Assembly: GCA_041661545.1 (NCBI GenBank)
Contig: JBAZUH010000001.1
Coordinates: 608,148-672,147, forward strand
Reading direction: 5' to 3'
DNA length: 64,000 bases
Source: Candidatus Staskawiczbacteria bacterium
Lineage (GTDB): Bacteria; Patescibacteriota; Minisyncoccia; Minisyncoccales; Staskawiczbacteraceae
The number at the start of each line of letters is the position of its first letter. Position 1 is the first letter of the stretch. This document shows, in pieces, positions 53,385 to 61,743 of the stretch. The notes under the pieces are model-generated. The model was not told where the DNA came from. It ran no database searches and saw only the letters and a list, made by a program, of their open reading frames with translations. Made by a program: the position numbers and the translations under genes.

Positions 53385-53546
53385 ACAGTAATCGACAATA
53401 GTTTTTAATATTAATTAATTTTTTGAAGAAAGGCATTTTAATAGATTTGCTGTTTGTAAACTTTTAAGTCAAAATTTCTAAACAGCAGGTTAAATTAAGA
53501 GCAATGTCTTTTTTTTGTCCCTGCCTGCGTAGGTAGGCCCAATTTT

Positions 53547-55718
53547 ATGTCAGAAGAAACAAAAAAAATGGAAAATCATATAGAAAAAGTTCGTAAAAGA
53601 GATGGTAGGGTAGTTGATTTTGAGCAAGAAAAAATTGCTGAAGCTGTTCACAAAGCTGTGGTTGCAACAAATCAGGGAAATGGCCCAGAATCTAAAAGGG
53701 TTTCTGATAAAGTTGTTGTATTAATGAATCGCAGGTTTAAAAAGGAAGAAATTCCAACTATTGAGCAAATTCAAAATATTGTTGAGGAAGCCTTAATGCT
53801 AGAAGGATTAGTTGAAACTGCCAAAGCATATGTTTTATATAGAGAGCAAAGAAGATCAATACGTGAAGCTACAAAAGCAACTGATGATTCTTCAGAAAAA
53901 GTAGATAGTTATCTAAAAGAAATTGATTGGCAAGTAAAAGAAAATGCCAACATGACTTTTTCTTTGCAAGGATTAAACCAATATGTTGGTTCATATATTT
54001 CAAAAAAATATTGGTTAAATAAAATTTATCCAAAAGAAATAAGAGACGCAGCATTAAGTGAAGACTTTCATATTCACAATTTAGAATTATTAGCTCCTTA
54101 TTGCGCCGGATGGGATTTGTATGACTTTTTAGTAAAAGGCTTTGGCGGTGTTTCTGGAAAAATAGAGTGTAGGGCTCCTAAACATTTTAGGACCGCATTA
54201 GGTCAATTGGTGAATGTTTTATTTACTTTACAAGGAGAAACAGCTGGAGCAAACGCTGTTTCTAATTTTGATACTCTTTTAGCTCCATTTATTAGATATG
54301 ACAAGCTAGATTATAAGCAAGTAAAACAATCTATGCAGGAATTTTTATATAACTGTATGGTGCCAACTAGGGTAGGCTTTCAAACGCCATTTTTAAATGT
54401 TTCTTTAGATATTAAAGCGCCATCATTTTTGGCAAAACAGCCTGTAATTATTGGAGGAGAGCCACAAAACGAAACTTATGGAGACTTTCAACCAGAAATG
54501 GATATGTTTATCAGGGCTTTTTATGAAGGCTTAATGGAGGGTGATGCCTCGGGCAGGCCATTTACATTTCCAATTCCAACAGTTTCGATTACTAAAGATT
54601 TTGAGTGGGATAATCCAAATTTAAATGCAATGTGGGAAGCAACAGCAAAATATGGGATTAATTATTTTTCAAACTTTATTCAGTCTGATATGAGTCCAGA
54701 TGATGCAAGATCAATGTGTTGCAGATTGAGGCTTGATAACAGAGAGTTATATAAAAGAGGCGGGGGATTGTTTGGTTCTTCTCCTAAAACAGGTTCAATT
54801 GGAGTGGTCACAATTAATTTGCCAAGAATTGGATATACTTCAAAAACAAAAACAGAGTTTTTTGAAAAATTAACAAGATTAATGGAGTTAGCTAAAGAAA
54901 GTTTAGAAATTAAGAGAAAGGCTTTAGATGACTTTATGGAAAAAGGACTTTACCCATATTCAAGGCATTATTTAGAAGAAATGAAAAAAATGAGAAATAC
55001 TTATTTTGGAAATCATTTTTCTACAATTGGAATTATGGGCATGAATGAAGCTTTGATGAACTTTTTGGAAGAAGATATTACAACTCCTAAAGGAAAAAAG
55101 TTTGCACTTGAAGTTTTAGATTTCATGAGAGATAAAATGATTCAATTTCAAGAAGAAACCGGCAATTTGTTTAATTTAGAAGCAACCCCAGGAGAAGGAA
55201 CAAGTTATAGGCAAGCAAGAACAGATAGAGAAAAATATCCAGATATTGTTACTTCTGGAACAAAAGAAGTTCCTTATTATACAAACTCAAGCCAATTGCC
55301 CGTAGGTTTTACAGATGATATTTTTGAAGCCCTAGATTTGCAAAATGATTTGCAAACAAAATATACTGGCGGAACTGTATTACATATATTTTTAGGAGAA
55401 AAAGTTTCTGACCCAAATATGGCAAAAGCTTTGGTTAAGAAGATTTGTGAAAATTATAGCTTGCCATATATTACACTAACTCCAACATTTTCAATTTGCC
55501 CAACACATGGATATATTTCTGGAGAACACTTTGAATGCCCTCAATGTACTATAAAACAACCCTGTGAGGTGTATAGTAGGGTTGTGGGGTACATTAGGCC
55601 TGTTCAGCAATGGCACAAAGGTAAAAAGCAAGAGTTTGAAGAAAGAAAAGAATTTGCCTTTCCCGAAGAAAAAACCAATGGAGTTCTGACAAAAATGGAA
55701 GAAAAAACAGCCGTATAA
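53547..55718 (+). CDS. nrdD: Anaerobic ribonucleoside-triphosphate reductase (class III)
   Basis: N-terminal ATP-cone VRKRDGRVVDFEQEKI, C-terminal zinc site CPTHG...CPQC, and glycyl-radical motif RVVGYIRPV. Confidence 0.93.
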   Translation: MSEETKKMENHIEKVRKRDGRVVDFEQEKIAEAVHKAVVATNQGNGPESKRVSDKVVVLMNRRFKKEEIPTIEQIQNIVEEALMLEGLVETAKAYVLYREQRRSIREATKATDDSSEKVDSYLKEIDWQVKENANMTFSLQGLNQYVGSYISKKYWLNKIYPKEIRDAALSEDFHIHNLELLAPYCAGWDLYDFLVKGFGGVSGKIECRAPKHFRTALGQLVNVLFTLQGETAGANAVSNFDTLLAPFIRYDKLDYKQVKQSMQEFLYNCMVPTRVGFQTPFLNVSLDIKAPSFLAKQPVIIGGEPQNETYGDFQPEMDMFIRAFYEGLMEGDASGRPFTFPIPTVSITKDFEWDNPNLNAMWEATAKYGINYFSNFIQSDMSPDDARSMCCRLRLDNRELYKRGGGLFGSSPKTGSIGVVTINLPRIGYTSKTKTEFFEKLTRLMELAKESLEIKRKALDDFMEKGLYPYSRHYLEEMKKMRNTYFGNHFSTIGIMGMNEALMNFLEEDITTPKGKKFALEVLDFMRDKMIQFQEETGNLFNLEATPGEGTSYRQARTDREKYPDIVTSGTKEVPYYTNSSQLPVGFTDDIFEALDLQNDLQTKYTGGTVLHIFLGEKVSDPNMAKALVKKICENYSLPYITLTPTFSICPTHGYISGEHFECPQCTIKQPCEVYSRVVGYIRPVQQWHKGKKQEFEERKEFAFPEEKTNGVLTKMEEKTAV

Positions 55719-55721
55719 TTT

Positions 55722-55752
55722 AAAAGCCGCCTTTTAACTAAGGCGGTTTTTT
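55722..55752 (+). terminator. Intrinsic terminator after nrdD
   Basis: AAAAGCCGCCTT-ttaact-AAGGCGGTTTTTT. Confidence 0.75.
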
Positions 55753-55779
55753 AGTATAATCAAACTGTGATAGTCTTTC

Positions 55780-55803
55780 TCAGGTTACCATACGGTAACC
55801 TGA
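55780..55803. repeat. Palindrome P5 (TCAGGTTACC-ATAC-GGTAACCTGA)
   Basis: 10-bp arms. It lies between the nrdD terminator and the methyltransferase gene. Confidence 0.9.
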
Positions 55804-55843
55804 CAGTAGGCGTGACATGAGAAGTATAAGTAAAAAATAAAAA

Positions 55844-56611
55844 ATGAATTATATACAAAAAGTAAAACAGGACAGCATTGATGAATTTAGCTCGGAAGTA
55901 ACTCGCGAAAGGTATAAAAGAGATGCAAATGCGGGATTTTGGGAGAGCGAGGAAAATTTAATTAAAAAATATTTTACATTAAATTCAAAAATACTTGATA
56001 TAGGGTGTGGCTCTGGGAGGACGACTTTTCCTATGTTTAAAATGGGCTATTCGGTGGTAGGCGTTGATATAACACCCATGATGATTGATATTGCTAAAGA
56101 AAATGCAAAAGCTCAAAAGTTGGATATTAAATTTCTTGGAGGTGACGCAACCAGTTTAGATTTTGAAGACAATATTTTTGATGGTGCTATTTTTGCAAAT
56201 AATGGCTGGGCGCAAATTCCGGGTAAACAACAACGACAGAAGGCTTTAAATGAAATCTACAGGGTTCTAAAGCCTGGTGGAATTTATATTTTTACTGCTC
56301 ACAAAAGATATTATTCATTAAATAATTTCCTATTTTGGTTAAGTAAAAGAATCTTTAAGGATGGTGCAATAGACTTTGGCGATGTGTTTTTTAGAAGATA
56401 TGCTGAAGGTAAAAAGTTAAAGCAAAAACAGTTTTTACACCTTTCTAGCGTGAATGAAGTAAAACAACAAATTTCCAAGGCTGGATTTCACTTGGTGGAT
56501 TTTAAAAGGATGGGGGAATTGTCAAAAAAAGATGCTGAATCAAGAAGAGCGTCTTTGTGGAACGGGTTTGATTCGTTCAAATCTCCAATTTTTTATGTTT
56601 GTAAAAAATAG
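55844..56611 (+). CDS. Class I SAM-dependent methyltransferase
   Basis: ILDIGCGSGRTTFPM motif I and LKPGGIYIF. I saw no (D/N)PP(Y/F) DNA-methylase motif. Confidence 0.8.
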   Translation: MNYIQKVKQDSIDEFSSEVTRERYKRDANAGFWESEENLIKKYFTLNSKILDIGCGSGRTTFPMFKMGYSVVGVDITPMMIDIAKENAKAQKLDIKFLGGDATSLDFEDNIFDGAIFANNGWAQIPGKQQRQKALNEIYRVLKPGGIYIFTAHKRYYSLNNFLFWLSKRIFKDGAIDFGDVFFRRYAEGKKLKQKQFLHLSSVNEVKQQISKAGFHLVDFKRMGELSKKDAESRRASLWNGFDSFKSPIFYVCKK

Positions 56612-56653
56612 TTTAAAGGGGTTTTTTATTTCAAAACTATAGTAGATTTTGTT

Positions 56654-56673
56654 AGGTTACCGTATGGTAACCT
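56654..56673. repeat. Palindrome P6 (AGGTTACC-GTAT-GGTAACCT)
   Basis: It is the exact reverse complement of the P5 20-mer core. It lies 8 nt upstream of the HTH gene ATG. Confidence 0.9.
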
Positions 56674-56681
56674 GAAATAAA

Positions 56682-56873
56682 ATGTCAAAGATAATAATAG
56701 AAAAAGATTTTTATACAACAATCGAAATGGCTAAAGAGTCGGGCATTAGCAAGGTGTCTGTGCTTAAACGAATTTGGCGGGGGAATATAAAAGCTCTCAA
56801 AATGGGTAGAAATTTTATAATCTTTAAAAAGGATGTTAACATAAAAAAGTTGATTTTAGATATTCAAAAATAG
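56682..56873 (+). CDS. Excisionase-family/MerR-like helix-turn-helix DNA-binding protein
   Basis: 63 aa. YTTIEMAKESGISKVSVLKRIWRGNIKALKMGRNFIIFKKD matches the excisionase-type HTH pattern. Confidence 0.65.
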   Translation: MSKIIIEKDFYTTIEMAKESGISKVSVLKRIWRGNIKALKMGRNFIIFKKDVNIKKLILDIQK

Positions 56874-56890
56874 AAAGCATCAAAAACAAC

Positions 56891-56914
56891 TCAGGTTACC
56901 ATATGGTAACCTGA
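56891..56914. repeat. Palindrome P7 (TCAGGTTACC-ATAT-GGTAACCTGA)
   Basis: A perfect 24-nt palindrome upstream of paralog 4. Confidence 0.9.
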
Positions 56915-56932
56915 AGTAATTATAAAAAAACT

Positions 56933-58654
56933 ATGGAGCAAGAAGTAAAATCATGCCAGAATTGCAAGCAAGACTTTGTAATAGAGCCCGATGATTTTGC
57001 GTTCTATGAAAAAATGAAGGTTCCCGCACCTACATGGTGCCCGGAATGTCGAATGCAGCGTCGTTTCGCATGGAGAAATGAGTGGAGGTTATTTAGAAAA
57101 AAAGATATTAATGGAAAAGAAATTTTTTCTAATTATCATGAAGATTCTCCTGTAAAAGTGTTAGATACGGCAGAGTGGTATGCTGATAATTGGGATGCTA
57201 TGGAATATGGCAGAGATTATGATTTCTCAAAACCGTTTTTTGAACAATTTCGAGAATTATTTAACCAAGTGCCATTAATGTCTAGATCACTTACTAACCC
57301 AGTAAGAAGCGATTATTGTATGAATGCTACTGATCCAAAAGATTGCTATCTTACTTTTGCTGTTTCATATGTAGAAAACTCAGCATATTCTATTTGGGGA
57401 GCTAAATCTAAAGATATTTTTGATTGTTATATGTTTAATGATTCAGAGCTTTGTTATGACTCGGTTAATATTACCAAATGTTATAAAGCATTATATTCTG
57501 TAGATTGCGAAGATTGCAATGATATAATATTCTGTAAAAATTGTGTGGGCTGTAATAATTGTTTTGGTTGCGTTAATTTAAAAAATAAATCTTATTATAT
57601 TTTTAATGAACCTTATTCTAAAGAAAAATATACAGAAAAAATTAAAGAACTTGGCATAAGTTCTAGAAAAAATATTGACGAATTATGCAGTAAAGCGGTT
57701 GCTTTTTGGATTAAGTATCCTAATAAATTTATGCATGGCAGGCACAATGCTAATGTAATGGGAGATTATATAAGTAATTCAAAAAATGCTCAACATTGTT
57801 GGAGAATTATTGATGCTGAAAATGTTAAGTACTGTAGTAATGCTACTATTGGTCCGATGAAAGATTCTTATGATTATAGCGGTTTTGGTGAGGGGGCCGA
57901 ATTAATTTATGATTCAATTATTACTGGTATTGGAACGTATAATGTAATGTTTTCTTCGCAGTGCTATTCGTCGGTATCTAACCTTAGGTATTGTTTCTTT
58001 TGTTTGCAAAACTCATCTAATTTGTTTGGTTGTGTAAGTTTGCGCAATAAACAATATTGTATTTTAAATAAACAATATACAAAAGATGAGTACGAAGCCC
58101 TGGTCCCTAAAATTATCCAGCATATGAATGATATGCCTTATATAGACAAAAAGGGGAGAATTTATAAATATGGAGAATTTTTTCCTACAGAAATGAGTCC
58201 CATTGCTTATAATCAATCATTTGCTAATGATTTTTTTCCTCTTACAGAACAAGAGGTGGCAGATCAAGGTTTTGATTGGCAGGAGCAAAAGAGTAAAGAA
58301 TTTAATATCACAAAACCAGCGCTGAATCTGCCAGATGATATTACTAATGTTGACGAAAGTATTATGAAAGAAGTTATTGGTTGTGCTCACGAAGGTAAAT
58401 GCACTCATGAATGTGCAGGTGTTTTTAAAATTACTAAACAAGAATTACAATTCTATAAACTACTTAATATTCCTTTGCCACAAATTTGTCAGAATTGTAG
58501 GCATTACGCGCGATTTACCTGGCGTAACCCAGTTAAACTTTGGCATAGGCATTGCATGAAACCCGGCTGCACCAATGAGTTTGAAACCAGTTATGCCCCC
58601 GATAGGCCAGAGATTGTGTATTGTGAAAGTTGTTACAATAACGAAGTGGCTTAA
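56933..58654 (+). CDS. Uncharacterised Cys-rich multi-zinc-ribbon protein, paralog 4
   Basis: 573 aa with the same N-terminal (CQNCKQDFVIEPDDFAFYEKMKVPAPTWCPECR), internal and C-terminal (HRHCMKPGCTNEFETSYAPDRPEIVYCESCYNNEVA) motifs. Confidence 0.85.
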   Translation: MEQEVKSCQNCKQDFVIEPDDFAFYEKMKVPAPTWCPECRMQRRFAWRNEWRLFRKKDINGKEIFSNYHEDSPVKVLDTAEWYADNWDAMEYGRDYDFSKPFFEQFRELFNQVPLMSRSLTNPVRSDYCMNATDPKDCYLTFAVSYVENSAYSIWGAKSKDIFDCYMFNDSELCYDSVNITKCYKALYSVDCEDCNDIIFCKNCVGCNNCFGCVNLKNKSYYIFNEPYSKEKYTEKIKELGISSRKNIDELCSKAVAFWIKYPNKFMHGRHNANVMGDYISNSKNAQHCWRIIDAENVKYCSNATIGPMKDSYDYSGFGEGAELIYDSIITGIGTYNVMFSSQCYSSVSNLRYCFFCLQNSSNLFGCVSLRNKQYCILNKQYTKDEYEALVPKIIQHMNDMPYIDKKGRIYKYGEFFPTEMSPIAYNQSFANDFFPLTEQEVADQGFDWQEQKSKEFNITKPALNLPDDITNVDESIMKEVIGCAHEGKCTHECAGVFKITKQELQFYKLLNIPLPQICQNCRHYARFTWRNPVKLWHRHCMKPGCTNEFETSYAPDRPEIVYCESCYNNEVA

Positions 58655-58669
58655 ATAAATATTAAAAAT

Positions 58670-59374
58670 ATGATTATAGCGGGGTTGCAAAAAACAACAT
58701 TAATAGACTTTCCGGGCAAAATAGCTTGTGTGGTTTTTTTGGCTGGGTGTAATTTTAGGTGCCCGTGGTGTTATTCTGCAGAATTGGTGTTGCCTTTAAA
58801 AATTGCCAAACAACCCAGAATGCAAGAAGAAGAATTTTTTAATTTTTTAAAACAAAGGCAGGAGCAATTAGATGGGGTTGTAATTTGCGGGGGAGAGCCA
58901 ACTATAAATAAAGATTTGCCTCGTTTTATAGAAAAAATAAAACACCTAGGATTTTTAGTGAAGCTAGATACGAATGGCTCTAACCCCACAATGTTAAAAA
59001 ATTTAGTTGAGGCAAGGTTAATTGATTATGTGGCAATGGATATAAAAACATCAGAAGATAACCCTGCTTACAAAAATTTAATGATAGAGGGAATAACAAT
59101 GAACCATATTAAAGAAAGCGTAGAATTTTTAAAACTTGGAAAAGTTGATTGGGAGTTTCGTACAACAGTTGTAGATACAATTCATGATAAAGAGGATTTA
59201 ATGAAAATTGCTAAATGGATAGGCGGGCCCAATGTTAACTATTATTTGCAAAATTTTAGAGCTGAAAAAACAATTGACCCAGAATTTGAAAAAATAGAAC
59301 CATTTAAAGAAGAATTTTTAGAAAATATAGTTAAAGAAATTTCTCCTTATTTTAAAGATTGTAAACTTAGATAG
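58670..59374 (+). CDS. nrdG: Anaerobic ribonucleotide reductase activating protein (radical SAM)
   Basis: CNFRCPWCY (CxxxCxxC) and GGEPT. Confidence 0.85.
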   Translation: MIIAGLQKTTLIDFPGKIACVVFLAGCNFRCPWCYSAELVLPLKIAKQPRMQEEEFFNFLKQRQEQLDGVVICGGEPTINKDLPRFIEKIKHLGFLVKLDTNGSNPTMLKNLVEARLIDYVAMDIKTSEDNPAYKNLMIEGITMNHIKESVEFLKLGKVDWEFRTTVVDTIHDKEDLMKIAKWIGGPNVNYYLQNFRAEKTIDPEFEKIEPFKEEFLENIVKEISPYFKDCKLR

Positions 59375-59547
59375 CGCTTGGCAACAAACTTCTCACTCGG
59401 GATTCTGCACGAGAAGCACAGCGTCGTCTAAAATTGTATTTTAAATCTATACAATTTTATCCGCGCTTCTCACTCGGCGCCCACAACGGGGCACCTGCGT
59501 GAAGTCATTCTCTTAGCAGAAATCCCTCGCTTAGTTTGTTGCCTCGC
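59375..59547. repeat. About 173-nt GC-rich structured intergenic element B (ncRNA or MITE-like candidate)
   Basis: The termini pair over a long range (GGCAACAAACT...CGGGATTCTGC with GCAGAAATCCCTCG...AGTTTGTTGCC). An inner 10-bp hairpin AAAATTGTAT-tttaaatct-ATACAATTTT is present. The exact 12-nt direct repeat cttctcactcgg occurs at 59389 and 59466. Confidence 0.6.
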
Positions 59548-59554
59548 TTTTTAA

Positions 59555-61024
59555 ATGACTTCGTCTAAAATTTTATTCTTTTTTTGTTTGTCGCTTGTAT
59601 TGGGAATATTTCTGGAATCATTTATTAAAGTCCCCCAGCTTTTTGTATGGGGGTTTTTAATTTTAGGAATAATTTTAGTTTTTGTGTCCTTATTTGTAAA
59701 AAGAATTAATTTTATATGGGGTTTTTGTTTATTATTTTTAGTTTTAGGCATTTTAAGGATGCAAATTACTGAATTTAATATAGCCAATGATGAACTAAGC
59801 AAATATAATGATGCTGGTTTAATAACGCTAACGGGCATAATTTCTAATGAGCCTGATATTAGAGATGCTTATCAAAAAATTAAAGTAAAAATTGATGATA
59901 GCACAATTTTAGTAACAACTAACCGTTATCCAGAATATAAATATTTAGACACGATAAAATTAACAGGTAAATTAGAAACACCCAGCGAAACAGAGGAATT
60001 TAGTTATAAAAACTATTTAATGAAAGATGGTATTTATTCTGTAATGGGCTTTCCTAAGATGGAAGTGATCTCGCAAGAGCATAAACATAATATTTTGACC
60101 TATTTATATGAGAAAATATTATTTTGTAAGCAAAAAATAAGAGAAAGTATACAAAAAAACTTTTTGCCACCACAAAGCTTAATAATGGAGGGCACAATTT
60201 TAGGAAATAATGGGGCTATGACCCAAGATTTAAAAAATAAATTAAATATCACAGGTCTTCGCCATATTATAGCTGTTTCTGGAACTCACGTAGTTATTTT
60301 GTCAGCCATAATAATGAATGTATTGCTTGGTATGGGGTTGTGGCGAGGGCAAGCTTTTTATGTGTCTATAATTTTTATTTGTATTTATATAGTTTTAACT
60401 GGTTTGCCACCGTCTGGAGTTAGGGCAGGAATTATGGGTGGAACTTATCTTTTATCTCAGAAAATTGGTAGGCAAACAATGGGTTATAGGCTAATAATGT
60501 TGGCTTGTGCAATTATGCTTTTAATAAACCCCATGCTTTTGTTTTATGATGTTGGTTTTCAGCTTTCATTTTTAGCAGTTGTTGGTTTAATATATTTAGA
60601 GCCCATTATTAAAAGATTTATAAAAATTTTTACAAAACAAAAAGTAGAAAATTTTGTGGGGATTGTTTCAACTACCTTTGCAGCTCAAATTTTTACTTTG
60701 CCTATAATGATTTATAATTTTGGAAATATATCGTTTGTTTCACCAATTACAAATCTTTTGATTTTACCAAGTGTTTATGGGCTTATGGTTTTTGGCTTTT
60801 TAGCATCTATATTAGGAGTTTTTAGTAGTGTTTTAGGTTGGATTTTATCAATACCTTGTTGGATTTTGTTAAATTATTTTGTATGGATTATGGATTTTTT
60901 CTCACAGCCATGGATGGCAAAAAATATAGAAAATGTTTCTTGGGTTTGGCTGTTCATTTTATATTTTATTATTGTGGTTGGTACAACATTTTTAAATAAA
61001 AAATATAAACAAAGTTTGGTGTAA
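59555..61024 (+). CDS. comEC: ComEC/Rec2 family competence membrane protein
   Basis: A polytopic membrane protein with GLRHIIAVSGTHV, typical of the ComEC competence domain. Confidence 0.8.
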   Translation: MTSSKILFFFCLSLVLGIFLESFIKVPQLFVWGFLILGIILVFVSLFVKRINFIWGFCLLFLVLGILRMQITEFNIANDELSKYNDAGLITLTGIISNEPDIRDAYQKIKVKIDDSTILVTTNRYPEYKYLDTIKLTGKLETPSETEEFSYKNYLMKDGIYSVMGFPKMEVISQEHKHNILTYLYEKILFCKQKIRESIQKNFLPPQSLIMEGTILGNNGAMTQDLKNKLNITGLRHIIAVSGTHVVILSAIIMNVLLGMGLWRGQAFYVSIIFICIYIVLTGLPPSGVRAGIMGGTYLLSQKIGRQTMGYRLIMLACAIMLLINPMLLFYDVGFQLSFLAVVGLIYLEPIIKRFIKIFTKQKVENFVGIVSTTFAAQIFTLPIMIYNFGNISFVSPITNLLILPSVYGLMVFGFLASILGVFSSVLGWILSIPCWILLNYFVWIMDFFSQPWMAKNIENVSWVWLFILYFIIVVGTTFLNKKYKQSLV

Positions 61025-61098
61025 TAGTATGCTTATGCATCCCTCAAAAATGGTAGCATTTTTTGTGTCAAAAAATGCTATTTTTGGGGATTTTCATT

Positions 61099-61127
61099 TA
61101 AAAAAAGTCCGCAACTGGTGTTGCGGG
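61099..61127 (-). terminator. Intrinsic terminator for the minus-strand gene
   Basis: On the minus strand, CCGCAA-caccag-TTGCGG is followed by TTTTTTT. Confidence 0.6.
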
Positions 61128-61158
61128 AAGCGGTTAGGCTATGAAAGACAAAAACGAA

Positions 61159-61605
61159 TCAGAACATCTGGGTGAAACCGGGTGTGCGGGGCTCTTTGAA
61201 ATAGCCCATAACTCTGGTTCGAGAGAAATGTCTGTGCAGCATGTTGGCTGCTATGATCAAGTCGCGCCTTTTGTCAGCCAGGCTAAAGTGCCTTCGCGGA
61301 GATCCTGACTGGAGTTTACTGTAGTAGCCACAGTCGTGGCCAATGATTAAAATTCGGCCTTGGGCAGTAGGAAAAGTACCTAGGGCAAAATGGATCTGCG
61401 CGAGCAGAAAGTTGAATTCTATAGGCAGGTCTTTGGGGTAAGCCAAGCAAATTGGTCCGCCCAACACGCCAATGGGCACATACCATTCGTCGGGCGGAAT
61501 GATTTGAGCTTTGGTGCGTTTCCAAAGATGATCTCTGGGGTCGGTGCAGTACACGCAGATGCCGATGGGGGTAGCGGCAGGAGTGGCGGATGCTGTTTTC
61601 GTCAT
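61159..61605 (-). CDS. Hypothetical protein with beta-carbonic-anhydrase-like motifs (tentative)
   Basis: CVYCTDPRD (C-x-D-x-R) and ILIIGHDCGYY (G-H-x-C-G). The ATG at 61605 is preferred. This is the most GC-rich gene in the window. Confidence 0.35.
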   Translation of the reverse strand: MTKTASATPAATPIGICVYCTDPRDHLWKRTKAQIIPPDEWYVPIGVLGGPICLAYPKDLPIEFNFLLAQIHFALGTFPTAQGRILIIGHDCGYYSKLQSGSPRRHFSLADKRRDLIIAANMLHRHFSRTRVMGYFKEPRTPGFTQMF

Positions 61606-61743
61606 GTGTGTTGGTAAGGTGCAGATTTTTTGAGTATGTGCAATTGCGCGCAAACTCAAATTATATATTAGCACAAAATTTCACAATTAGCAATGGTGAG
61701 TTGTTATTAAAATTTTGTTAAAAATATAGTATAATATATTAAC

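Noticed and set aside
55784-55800. GGTTACC/GGTAACC in P5-P7 as BstEII-type (GGTNACC) restriction-modification target sites linked to the adjacent methyltransferase.
   Set aside because: The P1-P4 arms (GGTTAAC, GGTTGCC) do not fit that site. The methyltransferase also lacks a recognisable DNA-methylase (D/N)PP(Y/F) motif.
23707-56914. The repeated palindromes as a CRISPR array.
   Set aside because: The copies are separated by whole genes (0.2-30 kb), not by 25-40 nt spacers. There are only 2-3 per locus, and no cas genes are present.
61715-61735. A TATAAT at 61730..61735, 8 nt before the ATG at 61744, as evidence of a leaderless mRNA.
   Set aside because: No -35 element lies at a workable spacing, and in DNA this AT-rich TATAAT-like hexamers are frequent. 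The evidence is too weak to report as a feature.
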